Assembly (NCBI GenBank): GCA_964528645.1
Contig: CAZGSR010000005.1
Span: forward strand, 2,719 to 66,718
DNA: 64,000 nt
Reading direction: 5' to 3'
From: an uncultured Mageeibacillus sp.
Lineage (GTDB): Bacteria > Bacillota > Clostridia > Saccharofermentanales > UBA5734
Position 1 is the first letter of the stretch. Each line of letters starts with the position of its first letter. This document shows, piece after piece, positions 1 to 9,156 of the stretch. The translations under genes were made by a program, and so were the position numbers. The notes under the pieces are model-generated. The model ran no database searches. It had not been told where the DNA came from and was given only the letters and a program-made list of their open reading frames with translations.

Positions 1-249
1 CACCACTCCCGGGGTCTTTGTTCGAAGGAGGAGAAAAGGAGGAGATCATGAAGAGGTTCGTTTGCTCTCGTCCAGCAGTGTGTTTTAACTGCTATGTTCT
101 CAGCATAACAATGAAATATGAACAAAAAATGTGGTGTTTGTGATCAAATTCCGAGATTTCTGCGAACATTGCGGGACATATTTTCTATGGTGAATTTGAC
201 GGCAAACGGACCAAACAGGTTCTGGTCAAAATTATCGGCGATTAAGCGG

Positions 250-483
250 TTATTTCTTTTTCGGGTCGTGCCCTTCGAAAAATGACAGGATCAGCGCTGC
301 GACACACAAGACGATCGCCAGATAAAGCAGGGACCGGCTCTGGGATGTATACGGGCAGGCTCCCGCTGGTAACTCGCGGGCCAGGCGGTAGGTGCCGATC
401 AGGGTGATGGCGCCAATGAAAGCACCCAATGCAAGGAGGGCGTTGCTGATCCATTTGATGATGGTATGGCGATCGTGTTTCAT
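250..483 (-). CDS. hypothetical small membrane protein (77 aa)
   Basis: ORF track. Two hydrophobic helices (ALLALGAFIGAITLIG and LLYLAIVLCVAALILSFF) flank a Cys-containing loop. No family recognised. Confidence 0.4.
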   Translation of the reverse strand: MKHDRHTIIKWISNALLALGAFIGAITLIGTYRLARELPAGACPYTSQSRSLLYLAIVLCVAALILSFFEGHDPKKK

Positions 484-510
484 AGGCCGATTTTAGCCCG
501 CCTTCCGGTT

Positions 511-1134
511 TTAGTCAAAGACTGTCTGCCAGTGCTCATCCTGGGATGCCGCGGCACAGAGGCGGATCTGGGCCTGTGTGTTTTTGCCGAGCGACAGGTC
601 CGGCAACTGGTCAAGGTCGAAGTAATCACTGGCTTCGGTTTCGGCATTGGGCTGAAAGGATCCGCTCTGAACGGTGCAAAGGACGAATGCCTTGATGATA
701 CCATGGGCATAGGGTGGTGTGTTGTGGCGGTTGCGATCAAGCAGAGCCACCAGACGATCTGCTGTGACCTCCAGTCCGGCCTCTTCCCAGACTTCTTTGA
801 CCGTATTTTCAGCAATCGACTGGTCGACATCCACCCAACCACCGGGCATTGACCAGGTTCCGCCGATGCGTTCCTTGACCAGCAGAATCTTGCCTTCCCG
901 GAAAATGGCTGCCCGCGTATCCAGCTTGGGCGTCTGGAACCCCGTTTCGCTGCAGAACACATCGTTCACTTGCGAGAGATCCAGCCCAGTCTTTTCGCTC
1001 ATGATTTCAGCAGAGATCTCCCGGATCCGCTCGAACCGCTCCCGATCATAGACATTGGTGGTGTAGGTCAGGCCGATCTGGGCCAGTGACTGTAGTTCAA
1101 CGGCCCATTGGACCAGTTTGTCGTGTTCAAACAT
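511..1134 (-). CDS. NUDIX hydrolase with N-terminal helical domain (ADP-ribose pyrophosphatase-like)
   Basis: Nudix-box core GGWVDVDQSIAENTVKEVWEEAGLEV in the C-terminal half of a 207-aa ORF. Confidence 0.85.
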   Translation of the reverse strand: MFEHDKLVQWAVELQSLAQIGLTYTTNVYDRERFERIREISAEIMSEKTGLDLSQVNDVFCSETGFQTPKLDTRAAIFREGKILLVKERIGGTWSMPGGWVDVDQSIAENTVKEVWEEAGLEVTADRLVALLDRNRHNTPPYAHGIIKAFVLCTVQSGSFQPNAETEASDYFDLDQLPDLSLGKNTQAQIRLCAAASQDEHWQTVFD

Positions 1135-1222
1135 GGCGGGTAACTCCTGTCTGAGACTGTATCAGGCTGATTTTACCATAAAAACGAACGGAAGCGTGGC
1201 CCTGCCTGGCAACCGCACAGCC

Positions 1223-1251
1223 TTGTCAGGCGAAGATCGCCCTGTTAAAAT
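1223..1251 (+). promoter_or_regulatory. putative sigma-A promoter of dinB (TTGTCA-17-TAAAAT)
   Basis: TTGTCA at 1223-1228, a 17-nt spacer, then TAAAAT at 1246-1251, upstream of ATG 1291. Confidence 0.5.
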
Positions 1252-1256
1252 AAAAG

Positions 1257-1270
1257 CAAACATACGTTTG
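1257..1270. promoter_or_regulatory. LexA operator candidate (Cheo-box variant CAAACATACGTTTG)
   Basis: Perfect 5+4+5 palindrome between the -10 box and the dinB SD. It differs from CGAAC-N4-GTTCG by one symmetric change per half-site. Confidence 0.5.
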
Positions 1271-1290
1271 TTTTAGAAAGGGTGATCGTC

Positions 1291-2574
1291 ATGGCTGACC
1301 GGGTCATTTTGCATTCCGATCTTAATAACTTCTACGCCTCGGTGGAGTGCCTCTACAACCCGGCCCTGCGCCGGATTCCCTTGGTTGTTGGCGGCGATCC
1401 GCAATTGCGCCACGGCATCGTCCTGGCCAAGAACTACCCGGCCAAAGCCTGCGGGATCGTGACCGGCGAGGCTTTATGGCAGGCGAAGCAGAAATGCCCG
1501 GACTTGCTGGTGGTCAAGCCTAATTTCCAGCTTTACCTCCATTTTGCTCATCAGGTGAGGACCATCTATGGGGACTACACCGACCAGATCGAGCCTTTTG
1601 GTCTCGATGAAGCCTGGCTGGATGTCAGCGGCACCTGTCACCATGGCCTGACCGGGGAGCGGATCGCCAGCGAGATTCGCCGCCGCATCCGGGAGGAGCT
1701 CGGCCTGACCGCTTCCGTCGGCGTCAGTTTCAACAAGGTCTTTGCCAAGCTGGGCAGCGACCTCAAGAAACCGGACGCCACGACGGTGATCAGCCGGGCC
1801 AATTTCCGCGATCAGGTCTGGCCTCTGCCTGCATCCGATCTGCTCTACGTCGGTCCGGCGACGAAACGCAAGCTCAGTCGCCTCGGTGTACGGACGATTG
1901 GCCAGCTGGCCCAGCTCGAGCCCTCCTTCCTCCATGCGTATCTGGGCAAATGGGGCGACGTCCTGTCCAGTTTTGCCAATGGCCAGGACAGCTCACCGGT
2001 TACTGTGTCGGGCTACCAGTCCGTGGTCAAAAGCATTGGCAATAGTACCACGACGCCGCGCGACCTGGAGACAGATGAGGACGTCTCCCTGATCTTTTTT
2101 GTCCTCAGTGAGAGTGTGGCCAGCCGGCTGCGCCAGCACCAGTTCAAATGCCAGACCGTCCAGATCACTGTCCGGGACGTCGAGTTGGACAGTTTCGAGC
2201 GCCAGGCGCACCTCAACCGTCCGAGCAACCTGTCCTCAGACATCGCCCGCCTGGCCATGGCCTTGTTCACAGAGGCCTGGGACTGGCGGCGCCCCCTGCG
2301 CAGCATCGGGGTGCGCGGCTGTGACCTGGTCGATGCCGCCACCGGCATCCAGCTGAGCCTTTTTGAAAACGAACCGCTGCAGCTACGCCTGCAGCAGCTC
2401 GAAGAGGCCCTCGATGAGATCCGGCTGCGCTTTGGCACCGGCAGTGTCCGTCGCGCCGTGACCCTCTGCGACACTGCGCTGGGCCGGATCAACCCCAAGG
2501 ATGACCATGTGATCCATCCAGTTGGCTTTTTCAAGGATGGCCCGGTAGCAGAGATCCAGCCCCCGGCCATGTGA
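1291..2574 (+). CDS. dinB: DNA polymerase IV (Y-family translesion polymerase)
   Basis: ILHSDLNNFYASVECLYNPALRRIPLVVGGD and SVGVSFNKVFAKLGSDLKKPD are Y-family hallmarks. ATG 1291 is preferred over GTG 1282 because of the SD-like AAAGGGTGA. Confidence 0.9.
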   Translation: MADRVILHSDLNNFYASVECLYNPALRRIPLVVGGDPQLRHGIVLAKNYPAKACGIVTGEALWQAKQKCPDLLVVKPNFQLYLHFAHQVRTIYGDYTDQIEPFGLDEAWLDVSGTCHHGLTGERIASEIRRRIREELGLTASVGVSFNKVFAKLGSDLKKPDATTVISRANFRDQVWPLPASDLLYVGPATKRKLSRLGVRTIGQLAQLEPSFLHAYLGKWGDVLSSFANGQDSSPVTVSGYQSVVKSIGNSTTTPRDLETDEDVSLIFFVLSESVASRLRQHQFKCQTVQITVRDVELDSFERQAHLNRPSNLSSDIARLAMALFTEAWDWRRPLRSIGVRGCDLVDAATGIQLSLFENEPLQLRLQQLEEALDEIRLRFGTGSVRRAVTLCDTALGRINPKDDHVIHPVGFFKDGPVAEIQPPAM

Positions 2575-2634
2575 GCCGGGAATCATTTGCACGGGGTGGT
2601 GATTGAGCTAATAAATCTTGAAAATGATAAAACA

Positions 2635-2663
2635 TTGAATCCTCAGGCACAACCGCTTATAGT
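2635..2663 (+). promoter_or_regulatory. putative promoter of rpiB-glgB (TTGAAT-17-TATAGT)
   Basis: TTGAAT at 2635-2640, a 17-nt spacer, then TATAGT at 2658-2663. Confidence 0.45.
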
Positions 2664-2731
2664 CTAAGTGAGACCGTAAACGAATGACAGCTGTTCACCA
2701 CCAAGCCGCAAAAGCATAGGAGGTAGTCCCG

Positions 2732-3199
2732 ATGAAACTTGCCATCGCCTGTGACCACGCTGGATTCGACCTCAAAGAAGAAGTGAAAAAGTTGCTTGAG
2801 CAACAGGGGCACGAGGTTATCGACTTCGGCACCACGAGCACCGCGGCCTGCGACCTGCCCGACACCGTCTACCCGGCGGCTCTGGCGGTTGCACGAGGCC
2901 AGGCGGAACGGGGGATTTTCATCGATGGTGTCGGTTATGGCAGCGCGATGATCGCCAACCGGATCCTTGGCCTGAACGCGGCTGTCTGTCAGGACCCCTT
3001 CTGTGCCATGCTGGCCCGGGCTCATTCCAATACCAATGTCCTCTGCCTGGGGGCCAAAATCATCGGCTCAGCGCTTGCGATCGAGACCATCCGGGTCTGG
3101 ATGAGCACCGATTTCCTGACCGATGAAAAGTACCAGCGCCGCGTCGGCAAGGTCGATGACATTGCCCATCGCCATCTGAAACCACTTGAAGAAATCTAA
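2732..3199 (+). CDS. rpiB: ribose-5-phosphate isomerase B (RpiB/LacA/LacB family)
   Basis: N-terminus MKLAIACDHAGFDLKEEVKKLLEQQGHEVIDFG and NVLCLGAKIIG. SD TAGGAGG upstream. Confidence 0.9.
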   Translation: MKLAIACDHAGFDLKEEVKKLLEQQGHEVIDFGTTSTAACDLPDTVYPAALAVARGQAERGIFIDGVGYGSAMIANRILGLNAAVCQDPFCAMLARAHSNTNVLCLGAKIIGSALAIETIRVWMSTDFLTDEKYQRRVGKVDDIAHRHLKPLEEI

Positions 3200-3209
3200 G
3201 GAGTGCGCC

Positions 3210-5243
3210 ATGACAGCTGCAAATGATACAACCTCAAACCAGAATCGCTACGCCATCCTCGACATCGACCCCTGGCTCCAGCCTTTCCAGGGCGATATCG
3301 AGCTGAGAATGAACCGGTACAAAGGCCTCCGCCAGCACCTGATCGGATCAAACGGATCTTTTCGCGAATTTGCCAGCGGTCACCAGTTCTTTGGCTTCCA
3401 CCGTACAGAAAATGGCTGGATCTACCGTGAATGGGCTCCTGCTGCCGAGGCCCTGTACTTGACCGGCGATTTCAATGGCTGGGACCGGACTTCCCATCCG
3501 CTGGAACGGCGCGATGGCTACTGGGCGATCGAATTACCCGGCGCCGATACCCTCAAGCACCTTTCCCGAGTCAAGGTCCGGGTCAGAAGCTTCGGCATTG
3601 AACGTGACCGCATCCCGCTCTATATCCGCAAAGTCGTCCAGGATCCCAATACCAACGACTTCTCCGGCCAGATCTGGGCGCCTCCGGCAGAATTTATCTG
3701 GAATGACCAGGATTTCCGAGTCGACCATTCCAGGGCCCCGTTGATCTATGAGACTCATGTCGGCATGGCGCAGGAGAAATACGGCATCGGCACCTATGTC
3801 GAATTTGCTGACAATATCCTGCCACGCATCAAGGCTTTGGGCTACAATACGGTCCAGATCATGGCGATCATGGAGCATCCCTACTACGCTTCGTTTGGTT
3901 ACCATGTCTCCAATTATTTCGCCGCTTCATCGTGGTTCGGCACGCCAGACGATCTAAAATATCTGATCAACAAGGCACACAGCCTCGGCCTTTCCGTGCT
4001 GATGGACATTGTGCAGTCCCATGCGGTCAAGAACTTGGCTGAGGGCATCAATGAGTTTGACGGCACAGACTACCAGTTCTTCCATTCAGGAGAGCGGGGC
4101 AACCACAGCGCCTGGGATTCGAAGTGCTTTGACTACAGCCGCCATGATGTGATCCATTTCCTGTTGTCCTCGATCAAGTACTGGCTCGAGGAATTCCATT
4201 TTGATGGTTTCAGGTTCGATGGTGTCACATCGATGATCTACCAGGACCATGGCCTGGGCACGGCATTTGACAATTATGGCAAATATTTCAGCCTCAATAC
4301 CGACGTCGACGCCCTGACCTATCTGCAGTTTGCCAATGACCTGATCCGGGAGATCCGGCCGGATGCGATCACGATTTCAGAAGACATGAGCGGCATGCCA
4401 GGCATGTGCCTGCCGGTTGCGGCCGGAGGGATCGGCTTCGATTACCGCCTGGCCATGGGCATGCCAGATTTCTGGATCCGGACACTCAAGAAAAGCGACG
4501 AAGATTGGAGTATGAATGAGCTTTGGCATGAGCTGTCGACGAGCCGGCCGCAGGAAAAGCGGATCGGTTATGCTGAATCCCATGACCAGGCCCTGGTTGG
4601 CGACAAGACCCTGATCTTCCGCATGGCGGACAAGGAAATGTACTGGCACATGAACAAGGGCAGCCAGAACCTCCTGATCGAACGGGCGATCGCCCTGCAC
4701 AAGATGATCCGCTGGATCACGATTTCCCTCGGATCAGAGGGGTACCTCACCTTCATGGGCAACGAATTCGGCCACCCCGAGTGGATCGACTTCCCGCGCT
4801 GGGGCAATGGCTGGAGCTATCAACACTGCCGCCGCCAGTGGAGCCTCGTCGACAATCCAGACTTGCGCTACAAGGATCTGGGCGATTTTGACCAGGCGAT
4901 GGTCCAGTTCATGGACCAGAACAACCTGATGGGCCCTGGCCAGACGCCACACCCGCTCTGGATCGACCAGGATCGCAAGGTGATCGCCTATCGCAATGGT
5001 GATTACGTTTTCATCTTCAATTTCCACCCGACCGAGTCCTATCCGACCTTCGAACTGCCCATCCATGAAAATGCCAGTTTCCAGGTCGTCATGGACACGG
5101 ATGAGTGGCGTTTTGGCGGCCAGGGACGGATCTATCACGACCCGGTCTACCGCACCCAGCCGCTGCCGATGAACCGGGATTATCTGGGCCTGTTGATCTA
5201 CATCCCCTGCCGGACCGCCCTGGTCATGAAAAAAGTCGATTGA
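3210..5243 (+). CDS. glgB: 1,4-alpha-glucan branching enzyme (GH13)
   Basis: GH13 catalytic-region motifs GYNTVQIMAIMEHPYYASFGYH, VLMDIVQSHA, GFRFDGVTSM, ISEDMSG and YAESHDQALVGDK. ATG 3210 has SD AAGGAG, whereas the ORF-track TTG 3186 overlaps rpiB. Confidence 0.9.
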   Translation: MTAANDTTSNQNRYAILDIDPWLQPFQGDIELRMNRYKGLRQHLIGSNGSFREFASGHQFFGFHRTENGWIYREWAPAAEALYLTGDFNGWDRTSHPLERRDGYWAIELPGADTLKHLSRVKVRVRSFGIERDRIPLYIRKVVQDPNTNDFSGQIWAPPAEFIWNDQDFRVDHSRAPLIYETHVGMAQEKYGIGTYVEFADNILPRIKALGYNTVQIMAIMEHPYYASFGYHVSNYFAASSWFGTPDDLKYLINKAHSLGLSVLMDIVQSHAVKNLAEGINEFDGTDYQFFHSGERGNHSAWDSKCFDYSRHDVIHFLLSSIKYWLEEFHFDGFRFDGVTSMIYQDHGLGTAFDNYGKYFSLNTDVDALTYLQFANDLIREIRPDAITISEDMSGMPGMCLPVAAGGIGFDYRLAMGMPDFWIRTLKKSDEDWSMNELWHELSTSRPQEKRIGYAESHDQALVGDKTLIFRMADKEMYWHMNKGSQNLLIERAIALHKMIRWITISLGSEGYLTFMGNEFGHPEWIDFPRWGNGWSYQHCRRQWSLVDNPDLRYKDLGDFDQAMVQFMDQNNLMGPGQTPHPLWIDQDRKVIAYRNGDYVFIFNFHPTESYPTFELPIHENASFQVVMDTDEWRFGGQGRIYHDPVYRTQPLPMNRDYLGLLIYIPCRTALVMKKVD

Positions 5244-5254
5244 AACCAATCGAC
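5229..5254 (-). terminator. intrinsic terminator of the ArsC-family gene, overlapping the glgB stop
   Basis: GTCGATTG-aaac-CAATCGAC forms an 8-bp stem. On the minus strand it is followed by a T6 tract. Confidence 0.6.
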
Positions 5255-5295
5255 TTGAAGATTCCCAAGGTATAGGATTTCGAGTATTCGAGGGC

Positions 5296-5634
5296 TTACG
5301 TCCAGCTTTGCCAGATTTCCGGCTGAAAACCAACTGTAGCCTGCCGGCCGTTGCGGACAATCGGTGTCCGCAACAGCCCGGCATGAGATAAAAGCAATTC
5401 CTCTGCCATGGGCGAGATCCCGTGGTAGGCCATGTTCAATGATTTGTATTCCGGTGCGGATGGATTGATCAGGGCCTCAAGTCCGACCGCTTTGGCGAGC
5501 GTCTGTAGTTCGCCCCGACTGAGGTTTTTCTTGTGCAGATCCACCAGCTGGTAGGCGATTTTGCGCTCTTTAAAATATCGCTCAGCCTTTTGCGTGTCAA
5601 AATTTTTCTTGCTGGCATAGATCTGGATGTTCAT
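5296..5634 (-). CDS. ArsC/Spx/YffB-family protein lacking the N-terminal CxxC
   Basis: The 112-aa MNIQIYASKKNFDTQKAERYFKERKIAYQLVDL pattern fits the ArsC-fold family. No redox cysteines near the N-terminus. Confidence 0.7.
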   Translation of the reverse strand: MNIQIYASKKNFDTQKAERYFKERKIAYQLVDLHKKNLSRGELQTLAKAVGLEALINPSAPEYKSLNMAYHGISPMAEELLLSHAGLLRTPIVRNGRQATVGFQPEIWQSWT

Positions 5635-5660
5635 GAAATGACAGATACCTCGGATAGCAT

Positions 5661-7991
5661 TCAGGGTGCTGGCGCAGCTTCTGCTGGCTGCGTCGCTTCA
5701 GGTACAACCGTTTCACCAGGGACGACAGGTGCCTCGGGATTGACCGGATCGACCACCGGTGTAACGCCGGTATGGATCGGACAGGGCTGGGCAGGATTCA
5801 AGGCCATACCTGGAACGAAATATTCGGTGTAAGGCGCCGGACAGGCCGCAGTGGCCAGCTGGCCGGATTCCGGACAGATGGTCAGGGCCTGGACATTCTT
5901 CTGGGCCGGAAAATCACGGGTTGGCAAATTCTGGTGCAGGGACTGCATAATGGCCTGCCAGATCAGGATGGCGTTGCTCCGGTCCTGCTGGGGAATGGTT
6001 GTTCCGCCGAGCTGGTTGTCATAGCCATACCAGACCGCAGCTGTGTAGTAGGGTGTGAATCCGCAAAACCATTTGTCGCGGTTATCGTCGGTCGTACCTG
6101 TTTTGCCGGCAGCCAGCGTGTTGGTCGGACCGCGCCCGGCTGCCGTGCCGCCCGGCTGGAAAACACCCTGCATCAGGTCAGTCATGACAAAAGCCGTTTC
6201 GGGCTTGTAGACTTGGGTGAATACCGGACGGTGCTCCAAAAGAACATTGCCATTGGCATCGAGCACCCGGGTATAGGCATAGGGTTCGGTGTACAGACCT
6301 TCATTGGCCAGTGTGGCATAGCCACCCGCCATTTCCAGGGCGGTCATGCCCTGGTTGAAAGCGCCAAGAGCGATTGCGACGTAATTTTCCGTGCTGCGGT
6401 CAATCCCAACGGCAGCCAAGTATTTGAGCGATGTCTCGCCCTTGAGCATATACTGCCAGATCTGGGCTGCGACCGTGTTGCAGGAGATCTTGATCGCTTC
6501 GCGCACCGTGAGGTTGCCGCGGTAGCCACTGTAGCTATTCTTGGGGTAGAGCTTGTCCGGCTCATCCGGATTGAGGTAGACCGGTATGTCAGCAATGATC
6601 GAAGCCGCTGTGATTTTTCCGGTGTCGATGGCTGGACCATAGACGGCAAGGGGCTTGATGCTCGAACCAGGCTGACGCTGCGAGGAAACGGCGCGATTGA
6701 GGATGAAATTACCGGTTTTTTCGCCATAGCCACCGACGATGGCCTTGATCTGGCCAGGATTGGGATAGTTTTCAATCACGACGGTACTGGCCTGGGGAGA
6801 TTCTGGCAGACGGTCCAGGATGGAGGGGTCCTGCATGAAAAGCGATTGTGTATTGAAGACCTTTTCAGCCTTGGCCTGGACGGAGCTGTCGACGGTGGTT
6901 TCGATGGTCAGGCCATGGTTGTAGACTGCAACTGAAGCGACCTCGCGGCTATAGCCTCGTTCTGAAACAAGGTCGGCTATGACTTGTTCGATCACATAGT
7001 CGACAAAATAGGAATTGACTTGGTTGGAGGAAACAGCCATCGGTGTTTCGCGGAAGACGAGCTCCTGGTTCAGGGCATCGTCGTATTCTTCTGGTGTAAT
7101 CCAGCCCAAGTCATGCATTTTCGAAAGGACGATGCGCATGCGCCGGAGGGCGTTGCGGCGGCCTGTCTCGGTCAGCGGATTGTAGACGGCAGGCAAATTG
7201 GGAATACCAGCCAGGAAGGCGCATTCGATCAGGGACAGGTCTTTGGCGTCTTTGTCAAAATAGGCCTTGGCAGCAGACTGGACACCGACGTAGCTATTGC
7301 CCATCGGGACCAGGTTGAGATAAAGCTCCATGATTTCGTCTTTGCTGCGCTGCTGCTCCAGCTGGATGGCGTTATACCACTCCTGGATCTTGCGCTGGGC
7401 TGAACGCTGGTCGGCTCCGGAAATCATCTTGACGGTCTGCTGCGTAATCGTCGAGCCCCCATGGGTAGCTGTGCCGCTATTGGCCAGGGCGCTGACAATC
7501 GCACTGCCGATGCGACGAGGGTCGATACCGATGTGTTCATCGTAGCGCTCGTCTTCGATTGCCTTGAAGGCCTCATCGATGTATGTTTTCTTGATCGCAG
7601 AAAAAGAGACATACTCCCGGTTGATGTTCTGGCTACCGGTCAGGATCGCAATATCATTGCCTTCGCTGTCCTTGATATGGGTTGTCTCGGTCGTATTGCT
7701 CAGCATGCCGGCAGAAATCGGCTCGGCCGTCGTGATGTAGCCGACCAGCATGCCGCCGCCGATGCCGGCCAGCAGGAATCCCATGATGATCAGGCTGATC
7801 AGGCCCAGTTCAATGACTCGGCCAAGCGCCACACCAAAGGTGCGGGGGATGCTCATCATACCGCCAGCATGGGATGGCTTGCCGCGTACCCGCCGGAATA
7901 ATTCCTGGCGGACAGGGTCATGGACAGGATGAGCATGATGGGCTGAGGAACGGGGACGGGGTTGGCTGTATTTGCGGCTAGGCAAGGGCAA
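5661..7991 (-). CDS. class A penicillin-binding protein (transglycosylase/transpeptidase, PBP1A-type)
   Basis: GT51 motifs EDERYDEHIGID, GGSTITQQTVK and KDEIMELYLN. Transpeptidase motifs SSIK, SCN and KTGTT. The start is uncertain (TTG 7991 or TTG 7985). Confidence 0.9.
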   Translation of the reverse strand: MPLPSRKYSQPRPRSSAHHAHPVHDPVRQELFRRVRGKPSHAGGMMSIPRTFGVALGRVIELGLISLIIMGFLLAGIGGGMLVGYITTAEPISAGMLSNTTETTHIKDSEGNDIAILTGSQNINREYVSFSAIKKTYIDEAFKAIEDERYDEHIGIDPRRIGSAIVSALANSGTATHGGSTITQQTVKMISGADQRSAQRKIQEWYNAIQLEQQRSKDEIMELYLNLVPMGNSYVGVQSAAKAYFDKDAKDLSLIECAFLAGIPNLPAVYNPLTETGRRNALRRMRIVLSKMHDLGWITPEEYDDALNQELVFRETPMAVSSNQVNSYFVDYVIEQVIADLVSERGYSREVASVAVYNHGLTIETTVDSSVQAKAEKVFNTQSLFMQDPSILDRLPESPQASTVVIENYPNPGQIKAIVGGYGEKTGNFILNRAVSSQRQPGSSIKPLAVYGPAIDTGKITAASIIADIPVYLNPDEPDKLYPKNSYSGYRGNLTVREAIKISCNTVAAQIWQYMLKGETSLKYLAAVGIDRSTENYVAIALGAFNQGMTALEMAGGYATLANEGLYTEPYAYTRVLDANGNVLLEHRPVFTQVYKPETAFVMTDLMQGVFQPGGTAAGRGPTNTLAAGKTGTTDDNRDKWFCGFTPYYTAAVWYGYDNQLGGTTIPQQDRSNAILIWQAIMQSLHQNLPTRDFPAQKNVQALTICPESGQLATAACPAPYTEYFVPGMALNPAQPCPIHTGVTPVVDPVNPEAPVVPGETVVPEATQPAEAAPAP

Positions 7992-8038
7992 GGCCTCCTA
8001 AAGTCAGCGGCAAACTGGATGCTGTGAATGAGACCAGA

Positions 8039-8977
8039 TCAGGATTCCAGAATCATATTCTTGGGATTGAGCGGTTCGCCGTAGAGGCGGACTTCAAAGT
8101 GGAGGTGCGAACCGGTCGAGGTTCCAGTATTGCCAACGGTCGCGATCTTGTCACCCTTCTCGACCACGTCACCGACAGAGACATTGAGCTTTTTGCAATG
8201 CATATACGTAGTCGTGAAACCATTTCCATGGTTGATGGTGACATAGTTTCCCTGGGTCCGGCCGTAGGTCGCTTCGGTCACTTTGCCGGCGCCAGCTGCT
8301 TTGATGGTCGTACCGGAAGGATTGGACATGTCGACGGCAGGATGGAAATGGTAGTACCGGTAAACCGGGTGATATCGGTAGCCATAACCGGAGAGGGAGC
8401 CAGGAACAGGCTTGAGGGTGGGCAAGTGGGCAAGCCGGTCTGTCAAAAGACTCTCATATTCTGTCAGGTTGATTTTTTCGGCGAGATCACTTTTTTTGAA
8501 CGCCAGCAATTTTTTATTGAGCTCGATCAGGTTCTTGGCTTCGGCGGTGTAACTGGAAACAGAGGCACTGGAACGGGAGACCATTTTATCAGTCAGATTG
8601 GACATCAGGGCATTTAAAATCGAATCCTGCATGCCGTCAATTTCCTGCTGCTGTTCATCCAGGGCAATGGCCAGCTCGTCATTGCGATCCTTTTCAGTAT
8701 CCAGTTCTTCTTTCAGGTTGATCTGCTCAACCGTCTGGATCCGGTCCTCGTCAGCAGCCCGGCTGATCTGCATCTGGGCCAGCCCGGCAGCTTCGCTGAG
8801 GGCATAAGCCTGGTCCAGATCCTTGTGTCCGGCCAGATAACCGGCCGTCAGACCGATGATGACGAGAATGCTGGCAACGATTGGCCAGAAAATCGAGCGA
8901 TGGGCGGCAATCCAGACCTGATGATGAGGAATCACACGAATCGTATGAAGTTTATCGTCCAGATGGGTTTTCTTCAT
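8039..8977 (-). CDS. M23 (LytM-type) metallopeptidase, membrane-anchored with a coiled-coil linker
   Basis: C-terminal HPAVDM, TINHGNGFTTTYMHC and GNTGTSTGSHLHFEV. N-terminal TM segment. Confidence 0.85.
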   Translation of the reverse strand: MKKTHLDDKLHTIRVIPHHQVWIAAHRSIFWPIVASILVIIGLTAGYLAGHKDLDQAYALSEAAGLAQMQISRAADEDRIQTVEQINLKEELDTEKDRNDELAIALDEQQQEIDGMQDSILNALMSNLTDKMVSRSSASVSSYTAEAKNLIELNKKLLAFKKSDLAEKINLTEYESLLTDRLAHLPTLKPVPGSLSGYGYRYHPVYRYYHFHPAVDMSNPSGTTIKAAGAGKVTEATYGRTQGNYVTINHGNGFTTTYMHCKKLNVSVGDVVEKGDKIATVGNTGTSTGSHLHFEVRLYGEPLNPKNMILES

Positions 8978-9156
8978 GCGGTTGCCTTTCGAAAATCGTG
9001 TGAAATGAGGGATGATTTTGCAAATCGACCCTTATTATAGCCGGCTAGACGGTAAAACGCAACAAACATCATCTCATTTTGACTGTGCTTGGCGAATGTT
9101 GCTCAAATTGCACAAAACGTCTGGGCGAATGGCGGGCAGGACAGTATGATGAAGGC

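Noticed and set aside
48-245. A short Cys-rich ORF (MKRFVCSRPAVCFNCYVLSITMKYEQKMWCL) behind a double SD (GGAGGAGAAAAGGAGGAG). An in-frame TGA at 141-143 is followed by 34 more open codons, which raised the possibility of selenocysteine read-through.
   Set aside because: I could not see a SECIS-like hairpin just downstream of the TGA. C-x-U is not a known redox motif. All three frames give short open stretches in this AT-rich patch, and no family was recognised. There is insufficient support to call a gene.
9079-9156. A 26-codon N-terminal extension of the RlmD ORF (MTVLGECCSNCTKRLGEW...).
   Set aside because: The TRAM-domain protein begins naturally at ATG 9157. The extension has no SD and is not part of the family pattern.
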